Assembly: GCA_020536535.1 (NCBI GenBank) | Contig: JAHLWZ010000851.1 | Coordinates: 1-64,000 of the forward strand | Length of the DNA: 64,000 bases | Source: Pelomyxa schiedti | Lineage: Eukaryota; Protista; Evosea | Direction: 5' to 3' | Shown: piece after piece, positions 50,487 through 60,403 of the stretch | Layout of the letters: each line of letters starts with the position of its first letter | Numbering within the stretch: the first letter of the stretch is position 1 | Program-made: the position numbers and the translations under genes | The notes under the pieces: generated by a model | Databases searched by the model: none | Told to the model about the DNA's origin: nothing | Seen by the model: the letters and a program-made list of their open reading frames with translations, nothing else

Positions 50487-52252
50487 ATGAGCGCAGCGAA
50501 GCCGTTGTCGTCCAGTGGCGGGTTAGGGACTTCCGTTGGCGGTGTTGGCGGGATCTTTCGAGTCGTGTTAACAGGTGGGCCATGTGGTGGCAAATCAACG
50601 GCGCTTCAGAAACTGTCTTCTTTTTTGCACTCTTATGGCTTTGACGGTTTTTTACACTTCTATTTCCTTTTTTCGCCTTTTCCTAACTTTTCTACTTTAT
50701 TTTGGACTCTTGTGCAGTTTATTTGGTAAGTTTTGGCATAGATGTCATTCCAAGTCAAATAAACGTTTACAGGTGCCAGAAGTTGCAACACTCTTACTCT
50801 CAGGAGGTGCCACGTTTGCTGGTTTAAACTCACAGGAGCTTATAGCTTTTCAAACTTCCATCATTTCTAGCATGATTGTATGTTTTATTGCTTCCTTCCC
50901 TTCAACTCTAACCTCTTGTAGGCTCTTGAAGATAATTTTATGCGAATTGCTGAAAGTAGAAGACGTCCTGCTGTTATTGTGTGTGACCGTGGAACAATGG
51001 ATGGTACTTTCTTTCACTTTTTTGACTCTTCACAGCTTACACTGCTTTAGCCTCTGCATATATGGATCCTGAACTATGGCAGCTTCTCTTGGATGAAAAC
51101 AATTGGACAAACGCACAGCTGAGGGACAGGTACATATTCTTTAATCATTCTATATTCACTCTCATTATGGAAACAGGCGATATGACGCTGTGGTAAATCT
51201 TTCTTTTGTCTTATGTGAAATAACTGAATAAACGTGGTTTTTTTCCTCTAGATACACATGGTGACTGCTGCCTTCGGTAATTTACTCTTGATTTTTGTAA
51301 TGAAGCCAATGCATTTCTTCTAGGAGCTGAAGAATTTTATACAACCGAAAATAACACTTCCCGCAGAGAGAATGTCAATGAAGCAAGAGAAGTTGATATG
51401 AAACTACGCAATGCCTGGATGGGCCACCCTCACTTATTTATTGTTGACAATGCGTAAGTACTCTCTTTGTTTACCTTCCTTCTCACCTTGATTTAGAAAG
51501 AAATTTGATGATAAGGTTTTCTCGCTAATATCACGGTTTACGAAAATAACCCATTCCAGGTTCACTCTGTGCTGACTGCTCTCTGTTGTACTGTTGGCCT
51601 TCCTTCTCCTGGCAGCACATTACGGCAGTTCACCCTCCCCAGCTCCCCTTCAATTCCAGATCCATTTGAAGAGTTTGTTGTTGAGATGTATTTCCTGGCA
51701 GGGAGCTCCGAGACAATGTACATACAGACAAGGTAGGGAAACTAAAGGAGTAAATAAAAATATTAAACATCAACAGGCACCAGCACAATGTTTCCAGTTA
51801 CTCTGAGTGCAGAAAAAGAAAGTGTACCAAAGCGGATGGGACTGTGGAAGAAGTTATGCTTGAGCGCAGGCTCACAACGAAAGAGTACGCCACTCTCAGG
51901 ACCCAGGTATTTGCAAACCGCAATTCTCCATGCACTCACAATTTGTGGGAAAAAAAGATTGATCCCGATCGTCTGCCACTCAAAAAAATTGTCAAACAGT
52001 GCTTGTACAACCAACAGTACTTATCCATTGTTGAATTGGTGAAGCCGATCCCAAACAAGTCAGCTTTCCACTATTTATGTGCCAGGTTACTAACAAGTGC
52101 ACAGATTCTATGTTGAAGTTCGCCTTCCCGTTCTCAGTCAAGGAACAGAAAAAGGACCCACAAATCCTGTCTTCCCTCTCTGGTTACCAGCATCCACAGA
52201 AATTACAAATGACCCCTCAATTGACCCATGTGTACTCTCTAAAAGGCCATAG
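50487..52252 (+). CDS. Ttd14-like (NadR/Ttd14 AAA P-loop + CYTH-like) protein
   Basis: VVLTGGPCGGKST, VPEVAT, CDRGTMD, RRYDAV|IHMVTAA, YTTENNTSRRE, AWMGHPHL. Confidence 0.9.
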
Positions 52253-52314
52253 TACACAAAAAAAAAAAAGATCCGTTTCAAAGGAATTTGGGTTCCTTAC
52301 TGTACAAGTACATA

Positions 52315-53625
52315 CTAACAATACAATGAGAGAGGCTTCTCTGGCGACAGCCTCCAGGTGGGTTTTCCACCTGATTTCACCCACTTCACCTCCACATCAC
52401 CAATTTTCAGGCTGGTGGTAACATCAAAGATGCCAAAACTCACTGCAAACGTGGTTCCAGCCTCAGGCACCGGCACCAACGGTTGGTACTGTGGCCTCTC
52501 TGTGTAAGGCACAGCTGGGACGGCAATGATTCCAGTTGCTCTACCCAATTGCGGGTTGGATTGCAGTGGGCCAAATGAAGGGAATGACATGCACGGATTC
52601 GCCAAGTCCGCGACGTGGTAAACGTAGAGGGCGGTGCCTTTGTGCACGCAGACGTGTTCTCTGCCGACTACCTCGAGGAAGCAGGGGCGGGTGAAGGTGG
52701 TGGTTTTTCCTGTGCCGAGATTGCAAATGATGTGCTGGGTCCGGGTGCAGCTGATTGTGTACACGTCAGTACCCACGCACATGCAGAGTCCCGGACATAG
52801 CCCAGGGCAATCGCAGCCACAGGCACCGTCGGGAACGTCGATGACCCTCACCACGGAGAAAAGCCGGTTGGTGAAAGTCTGTTCCATATCCACGAATATC
52901 ACGCAGGGGCCTCCCGGTTTCCTGAGCGCCGGAAACACAAGGGTGTTGCTCCTACTGGGATCCTCCCCTTCGAACGTGGGACCGTGCTGCAGCCTGTGCT
53001 GCAAATCGCGCAGCTCCAACTCTCCCCCTAGCTGGCCGCGGACGACTCTCCAGATACGCATCCCATAACTCCAGTGCAGCGCAATCCACATCGTGTTGCA
53101 CACAGCAGATTCTATGCCGTCGTGGAGGGCGGGGACGGTGAGCCCCCCGGCGCCGTCGATGATGCTGTACCTGTTGGGCACTCGGTTGACGCGCTCCACG
53201 GCCAAGAACCGGTCGTGGCCCAGCGCCCCGAGGATCCGCGGCCCCCGCGGGTCGTGCGCCAGGCGGCAGCCGCTGCGCACGACCCCGCCGGACTGGGACA
53301 GCCCCAGGAAGACGTGCACGAGAGCCTCCCTGTTTGGGGGCCGCGGGACGGCCGCCCGCAGGGTGAGGCCCAGCTCGCGGCAGACCCGGCAGACCCCGCA
53401 CGCCCAGAGGGAGTGGAGGGGGTCCCTGAGCACGGGTCGGGGGAGGTGCCGCACGGCGCTGCTGGCCCCGCAGCGGGGGACCAGGGCCCCTACAGCGAGG
53501 GCAAGGAACTGGGAGCGATGCACCTTGCAGTCCACGGAAAACGACGCCGCTGCTTCGTACCTCCCGCCCCAGTCCCTGAGAGACCATGCGTCGTACAACG
53601 GGCCCGTCGGCTCAGGGCCAAACAT
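52315..53625 (-). CDS. Intronless 436-aa hypothetical protein (short helical N-motif followed by beta-rich region)
   Basis: Uninterrupted ORF with ATG at 53625; motif RSQFLALAVGALVPRCGASSAVRHL. Confidence 0.75.
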   Translation of the reverse strand: MFGPEPTGPLYDAWSLRDWGGRYEAAASFSVDCKVHRSQFLALAVGALVPRCGASSAVRHLPRPVLRDPLHSLWACGVCRVCRELGLTLRAAVPRPPNREALVHVFLGLSQSGGVVRSGCRLAHDPRGPRILGALGHDRFLAVERVNRVPNRYSIIDGAGGLTVPALHDGIESAVCNTMWIALHWSYGMRIWRVVRGQLGGELELRDLQHRLQHGPTFEGEDPSRSNTLVFPALRKPGGPCVIFVDMEQTFTNRLFSVVRVIDVPDGACGCDCPGLCPGLCMCVGTDVYTISCTRTQHIICNLGTGKTTTFTRPCFLEVVGREHVCVHKGTALYVYHVADLANPCMSFPSFGPLQSNPQLGRATGIIAVPAVPYTERPQYQPLVPVPEAGTTFAVSFGIFDVTTSLKIGDVEVKWVKSGGKPTWRLSPEKPLSLYC

Positions 53626-53685
53626 CCCGAATAAGATAAACCTGGTGGTGAACAGGTTGCGGCAGTTGTTTTTTTGTTTTGTCTC

Positions 53686-54789
53686 TTAGAAAGAAGAAAA
53701 TGGGTCTTCTGTGGTGGCTGTAGTGGTAGCAGCGGGTTTTCCAGTGGCGCCGGCATTTTTGCACTCTTGGCACACTCGTTTCCCTTGTAGCATCCATCTT
53801 TTTGTTGGGAATAAAACGGTTAGTAGATACTGTGGGTAACTGTGTCGGAGGAATTGCATACTTGCATACAGCCTCGTTCCCGCACCTGGGGCATTTGGCA
53901 ATACCCTCAGCAGCACGGGTAGCCTCCGCTTTGCGGGCAGCATGGCATGCCGGGCAATATTGCTTCATGTCCACCTCAAAGAACTTGGCCGGGTCTAGAA
54001 TGGACATGCATTTTGCACAGGTGAAGCAGGTTAGGTGAACACGTTCATCGTGAAGAGTGAGGAACTCATTTTCAATGTGTTCACCACATCGGGCACAGGG
54101 TCTCTACGGTTGATATTAGATAGGACCGGTTTATGGGTAGTGTTACTTACGCGATAGCAACCAGAGCACAGAAGCCTGCGTTCACGGTTCAAATACATGT
54201 CATCAGTAGTGACAAGGGATACTCCACATTTGGAACAGTTGTAGCACTGCCAATGCCATGCCAGACCTAGTAAGGAGTCACGAAATGAATACGAATGCCA
54301 AGCAAAAGGCTTGATGTACCAGCCATTTGGGCAACATTGTCACTCTCCCCGATGGGTTGGGCACAGGAGTGGCACTTTTGGTTTGGATCTCTTTTAAGAG
54401 CATCATTGCCACAGGGTGGGCACAGTACTGTCTGGAAAATGAGTTTAGAAAACAGGCCAACCAACAGTCAATTAAAATTTCCAAGGGCACTGTACGAAAG
54501 TACGGTGCCAAAAAAAAAAAAAAAAATAATAAATAAATAAAAAAGAAAAATACACACATTATTGAAGAGAACAAACTGTGCAGCTCCAATCAATACGTTA
54601 CACTTGCTGCACAAGAAGCACTCGTGGTGCCACTTCTGCGGAAATGTTTTAGTCAATTACGCCAGTTAAAAAAAGGGGGAAAGGAGGGTGGAATGATCTC
54701 GTGGATAACAAACAAACCTTGCCCACAGCCTCCACAAACTTCGATGTAGGAGCGATCGGTAGGTTGCACTTTCCACACGTGGCCGCCAT
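53686..54789 (-). CDS. LIM-domain protein (3 LIM domains + C-terminal CxxC..CxxC zinc ribbon)
   Basis: CGKC..|KWHHECFLCSKC..LCPPC; CHSC..WHWQCYNCSKC..LCSGC; CARC..VHLTCFTCAKC..YCPACH; CPRC..|..VCQEC. Confidence 0.93.
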
Positions 54790-54938
54790 TACGTTCGTTC
54801 GTTACGTTTAGTTTAATTCTTGGTTTTTTTTTTTTGTTTGTTTTGTGAAATTATTGTCCACTGAAGTGTCGGTTGCAAATCTGAAAGATTTTTTTTTCTT
54901 TTCATCCTATCAAGTCAACTTGACAGAAGGGTGCTGAT

Positions 54939-57900
54939 TTAATTTCGTTTGCTGAGGGTGATGTCGGAGCGTAGGGTGGTACAGGGAACAATTTCCTTGC
55001 TAATGGGAGTTCCTATGAGGGGTGATGTGTTGTGTGTTTCAAGCCATGTTTGGATAGAGCGGTGGTCATACAAAAACCTAGGGAAGTTGTATCAGGATTT
55101 GGGTGGAAAGCGGGAGATTGATTACCAGTCACTGGCAAAAACGGGGTTCTCCATTTCTCTCCGGGACAATGGACAGATGTATTCAGGATAGTCCGGGCGT
55201 ATGAGTGGAAGACCTTACGTTTGGTTGACGTGGTGAAAAAACTGTGTTTGGGGGCAAACCTGACAGTGTTTCTAAAACGGCCTTGGCCAAATCCTTGACT
55301 TTGAATAGCAAAGAGTTCGCGGCGGGCAACGGTACTCCAAGAGTGAGGAGGTCTTTCTCTGTAAGGTGCAGTAGGGCCCAGCCAGGAAGATCAACTTGTT
55401 CGCAGATGGAATAAGGTAATTTCTGAGATTCCAGCCATTTATGAACCACAGTAGGTGACCATGTGCAAACGAGACGGGGATTAAGGTCATTTGACAATGT
55501 TTCAGTCATTGCAACAGCAAGAGGAGGAGAAACTCGGATATAGCCTGTGTGGCGCAACAGCCAACTTGTGTGCATTAGAAGCTTGCGGTCCAGCAACTTG
55601 GTAACGCCAAGACCATCAAGTATTTGGTCGGTAATTTTATTAAATTGAAGGCCATCGATTCCCTGTGCTTCAAAAGACTGCACATAAGCACTGAGGCCAA
55701 TGTCACGTAAAATCATGGATATTTGTTGAGTGCTAAGTGCTGGTAGCTCCCCAACTTCTTCAAAGTTGCGTACTATCTTGGTTTTGTGTACTTGTGTAGC
55801 ACGCATCAGATCTGCATTGGTCTTTAATGCTATATCTGCCTCTATCCTCATGGCCTGGCCAGCTTCGGTAATTTGAGTGCATAGATTCTCTGCAACAGAC
55901 AAAGATTTCTGACAATCAGAAAGTTTCTCCTGGTCTGAAATTAATGCTTCCTGCAGCATACTTAATATTTCCTCTTTCTCGGCTAGCTGTTTCCGAAGAT
56001 CTATTATCTGACCTCTTACTCGGTTAATACTTTCTCGTCTTTCTTCAATGTCACCAATCTGCTCATCAACCTCAGTAGCTCTCTTTTCTAGAGTAGACTG
56101 TGCGCGGTTTGAGGCTGCAGTGAGATGGTCGAGAGTTAGTAGGGCTGCCGTAGCTTTGGCTGTAGGACCAGTGCTGGTTGCATTAAGGAAAGAGTTCACA
56201 ACTGGAGGCATTGTGAGCGTTGGTTGTAATATTGTTGTATCTGTGTTCAGTGTTTCAGTGAAGAAGTTCAGTGTAGTGGAGACGGCCTCAACAATTTCTT
56301 CCATTTTGGGTAGTACAGGGAGATTGGTTGCTTGTACTGCCACCCATGGAATGTGTTGTGGTGGAGGGGAGGGAGCACTCCGGAAGAGGCTATGTATTTC
56401 TGTGTTGGTTGAGTTGCTTAAACAATCAAGTGGTGTTTTTCCGCCGATATTCTGGTTGAAATGTAAGAGCATTGAAAGCATCCTTTGAATGATACTTTGA
56501 TTCTGTAGTCACTGACACGCAGTAAAATCTGGACCATTTTCGGTAGTTCCAACTTGCATGCAATATGTAGAGGAGTCTGATAATGGTAAAAACTATGTGT
56601 CACTTATTTGATACTTACGTCTCCCTACATGGAATTAGAGGATAAAAAAAAGAATTATTCACTTACAAGCTGTGCATGTCCAGGGAAAAAAAGAGGTACA
56701 ACAATTAATAAAGAAAAAATCAAATAGGTCACTTACTCCCTAAAGAGTGGTGTGAAATTGCTTGGCAACTAATGATGAACTTACGTTCTTCAAGCCAGAA
56801 AGGGAAAGGAAGAGTCCAAAAATTAAATTTGTTTTTTTAAAAAAAACAGTAAGTCCTCATTGAAGTGAGAATTACATACAATCTGGTGGAAAGTTAGAAG
56901 TTTTTATTATGTGTGGGAGTGTACCCCCTAAAAATCAATAAAGAAGGTATTATCAGATCGTACAGAAACGAGAAAAATGTCAATAAATAAAAATAATGAA
57001 GATGCTGACAGACCCTCTGAAAGATTGTGAATGAAACTTAAAGAAAACGGGACATACAATCTGAACACAATCATTGATCAAGTTGACCAATGTCAAATGA
57101 GAACAAAAAAATAGATACAAGAAGAATTACCCGCTAGGAGAGGAAAAAAGGCATATGTTAGCATTAAAGAAATAAGAAGATGGCCTTACCATCTAAGTTG
57201 CCCAATAGAACCGAAGCAAGGGGGAAAAAAAAAAAAAACCTATCAGTAAGAAAACACCTTAGATCATACATACAATCTTTTAAGGAAGCCACCAGAATGA
57301 AGAAACGAATTAGTAGAAATAATAGAAATTGATATCATACTTCCTGAGGAAAAGTTAATTTAAAAAAAAAAGGAATATTTAACTTACTCCCTAATTGGTG
57401 TAGTAGAACCAATTCCTTTAATCAGAAAACATACTATAAATCATGACATTACATACATACTTGAAAAGTGAGAAAAGAAGAAAAGGAGTTGAAAGCACAC
57501 AGTCTGTTTGTTACAAATGGCAGCAAGTAGGCAAGAAGTGAGAAATTTAGGTCAAAAATCGAAGAAGGTACTTACTCCCTTAAAAAAAACCTGTTAAAAG
57601 GAGATAGATAGTGATGGCACATACAGGCTATGTGTTGGGCAGAGCAAAGAGAATAAGTTGTTTTGATAAGTTACAACAGAAAAAATTTAGTTGAGCATAC
57701 TTTCTGCAGGAAAGAGAGTCAGAATACTGAAAAGACTAAAGAAGAGAATGAAATTGGCATACTATCTGAAGCAAACAGTTAAAAAACTAAAGTAAATGGG
57801 TATGGAAAGTACCTGCAGATTTGGATTTGCCCTAAACTTGAGGAGTAGTTCCACCATTTCTGGGAGATTTCGTGCTACAGCCACATGCAAATGGGTCTAC

Positions 57901-58176
57901 TAAAATTAAAAAACCAAAAGAGTGGTTGTTGCACAGTACCGATCCGCCCTGTAATCGCCAAAGGGAGGAGAAAGAAAAAGGTGTTATTGTGGCAAAAATA
58001 AAATCAACCAAAAAAAAAAAAAAAGAAAAGCTAAAGCAGAAACGCACTCTCATGTAGTCATCAGGGTCGACGTTACGCAGCAACCACCCGGTGACCTCCG
58101 AAAGATCGTTGTTCGCCACCGCATTGCACAACAAAAATCTGTTCTTTTGAAACACCGACTCTGAGATCCCGCTCAT
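54939..58176 (-). CDS. Ankyrin repeat - coiled coil - SAM - SAM - U-box protein (putative E3 ubiquitin ligase) containing a micro-exon array
   Basis: ANK: LCNAVANND, THLHVAV..VELLLKFRANPN, TPLHIAC, GKTPLD. Coiled coil follows. SAM1: LRDIGLSAYVQSFEAQGIDG..LGVTKLLDR. SAM2: WSPTVVHKWL..LLHLTEKDLLTLGV. U-box: EYICPLSRREMENPVFASD|WFLYDHRSIQTWLETHNTSPL..IVPCTTLRSDI. Confidence 0.9.
56619..57765 (-). other. Array of 18 single-codon (3-nt) exons plus one 6-nt exon
   Basis: Each is AG|NNN|GT on the minus strand, in transcript order: ATA 57765-63, AAA 57703-01, CCT 57627-25, GGA 57578-76, ACT 57503-01, TAT 57459-57, GGA 57390-88, GAA 57343-41, ATT 57276-74, ATG 57192-90, CGG 57133-31, ATT 57060-58, AGG 57016-14, GGG 56927-25, ATT 56882-80, AAC 56787-85, GGA 56739-37, CTT 56669-67, then GGAGAC 56624-19. 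Translation: IKPGTYGEIMRIRGINGL-GD. Confidence 0.9.
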
Positions 58177-58346
58177 TTTCCCCCTTCTTGTATTTTCGTT
58201 TCACTTCTCGCTCCCTACTACTCTCGTGCACACGCAGCGGTATCAGGGCCTCACCACCTCGTTGATGGTTTTTTTTGTTGTTCTTTTTTCCTCCGGGAAA
58301 CACAACAAAACAATGTTTTGCTAGGAGATTAGATTAGATTAGGGCT

Positions 58347-60248
58347 TTAGTCCTTGGAGGCTGAGGCGTGTTCAAATGTAGTCGAGCTGTTGGATTCTGC
58401 AATAATTCTGGAGAGAGGTGATGTGGGTTTTGCCATCGTCCCCCCTGTTCCTGAGGTTGTTATGTCACTGATGAGGGCTGGGTGTTGTTGGTGTAGTGGT
58501 AGTTGGTGGTGTTCTTGCTTAGTAGAGCCAGCAGCGGCGGTGGGGCTAGACGGCAGGGGCAACTCCAGGGGCTCGCACCTGAGCAGGCTGCCGGCCGCGG
58601 CCCCCGTGGGCGCGTTGGGCGGCAGCGTCGGGCTCGCGGGCAGGTTGATGAGCGGCGGCAGGGTCACCCCGCTGTTGAAGATGAGGGACTGCGTGGTGGT
58701 GCGGGGCACCAGCGCAATCACCCCTGGGCTGTGGGCCCGCTGCGGCGGCGGGGGCGGCGGCGCCGCCGGGGTCGAAGCGGGGGGGGCCTGCTTGGTGCCG
58801 CAGCCGCCGCCCCCGCCGCCGCTGCTTTCCTCTTTGAGGGGACTGGAGTCGGGCAAGGACTTGGCGGTGGGCACGTGGATGCCGCCGGACGAAGGAGGGG
58901 GAGGCTCCATGGTCAGGCTTCCTCCCCTAATGCTCATGTTCATGGTCATGGTCATGGGGGGGAGGGCGGCGCTGTCCGGGAGCGGCAGGATTGGGGGGAA
59001 TGGAGGGGAGGCTGTTGAGTTCTGCAACGGCATGAGTATCTGGGGCAAAACCGGGGAGTTGGATTGTGGGTGTATGAGCTTGGATATGGAGTTCGAAGAG
59101 ACCTGCGGCGGGTTCGGCAACGGCATCGTCGGCGCCGGCGCCGGCGCTTCACTTGCAGGAGGAGCTGTGACGGCAGTAGTTTCGGGCGGGGATGCTTGCT
59201 GGCGTTTCTTGCCCCTGGGCTTCGCATCCGCCTTTTTTCTCTTCGCAGTATTTGGTTGCTGAGGGGCTGCTGCGGAACTAGCTGTCGTGTGTGATGCGGC
59301 TTGGTCGTCAACGGCCTGTGTGACATCACCCTGTGCTGCATGCTCTTCTTTGGATTCACTGCTGGTGGGCTTTCTTTTACGTGATGTAGTACTTGCAGAT
59401 TTGTGAGCCCTTTCTTTCTTTTCTGGTTTTTCAGAGGGGGGAGGCTCCGCAGGTGGGTCTGGAATTTTGTCTGCAATCTCGGAAAGGAAATCAAATAAAA
59501 CGTTCGTTTTCAAGCACTCTTTCCTAAAGGCATCCACAAACAAGCATTAATGATGTGTACAACATCAAATTAGCACATACAAGTGGGATGGTGCAATTGT
59601 ATAGCTCTGATGACGTTGGGCTACAGCACACGCCTGCAGTACCAAATCACGTAAAAACAGTTCTACACATTTGGCTGTTGGATTTCTAGTTAGTTTGATG
59701 ATAATATAAGTTGATATTTTAATCAGAAAAAGATAATCTGAAAAATGAAAAAGCACTTACACACGAGAATCGGAGTTGCTGTGGCAAGTTTCCCAACATC
59801 TTCATCAGATTGCATAATTCTCTTAATTCTCGTCTGCCCAAGAAAGATCAGAAAGAGAACGAAAATGAACATAAAAGTTCAATCCACTCGAGATATCTCG
59901 CTATTATTATCGCATATCACCACGTAAAACAACATAAACAGAGCCAAAAATACACACCGACGGAAACGCCGTCACTCGCGACTTGCGGTGGTGGACCTCG
60001 TGCTCCTGGCTCGGCGTTTGTCCCATAATTGCCGGTGCCCCAGCCCCAGTAGGAGGCGGTGGCGGCTGCGTCGTTGTAGTAGTGGTGCTAGTCGTCGTGG
60101 TGGTGCTGCTCGCGACGGCAGCCGCCGTCGCCGTAGCCTCGCCCGCCGCGTCGGCTTTCGCCCCTCGCGTCCTGCGTCCCCTCGTAGCCGTAGCACCCGA
60201 GGCCGCAGCGTCGCTTTTTGCTCCACGTCCACCTCGTCCTCTTCTCAT
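58347..60248 (-). CDS. DRAP1: NC2-alpha/DRAP1 histone-fold protein with RG-rich N-terminus and Pro-rich tail
   Basis: RIKRIMQSDEDVGKLATATPILV|.KCVELFLRDLV...IAPSHL|KECLKTNVLFDFLSEI. Confidence 0.9.
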
Positions 60249-60403
60249 TTTGTTTTCTGTTCGCCCGTTTTGATGTTCCTCTTAGCTTTTAAAAAAAAAC
60301 AGAAAAAAAGGAAAGTTCTTTCGTTCCTTTTTGGAATTGGTTTTTGGTGGCACAAAGCTTGGAAGATGTTAGGTATCACACACTGCCGAGGAGCGGGGTC
60401 GTC

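Noticed and set aside
52315-54789. LIM protein fused to the 436-aa ORF
   Set aside because: Splicing gives the LIM protein its own stop at 53686, and the downstream ORF has its own ATG at 53625.
56577-57812. CRISPR-like or tandem-repeat reading of the regularly spaced CTTAC/CATAC motifs
   Set aside because: The recurring motifs are reverse-complement splice donors, and the spacers share no repeat unit.
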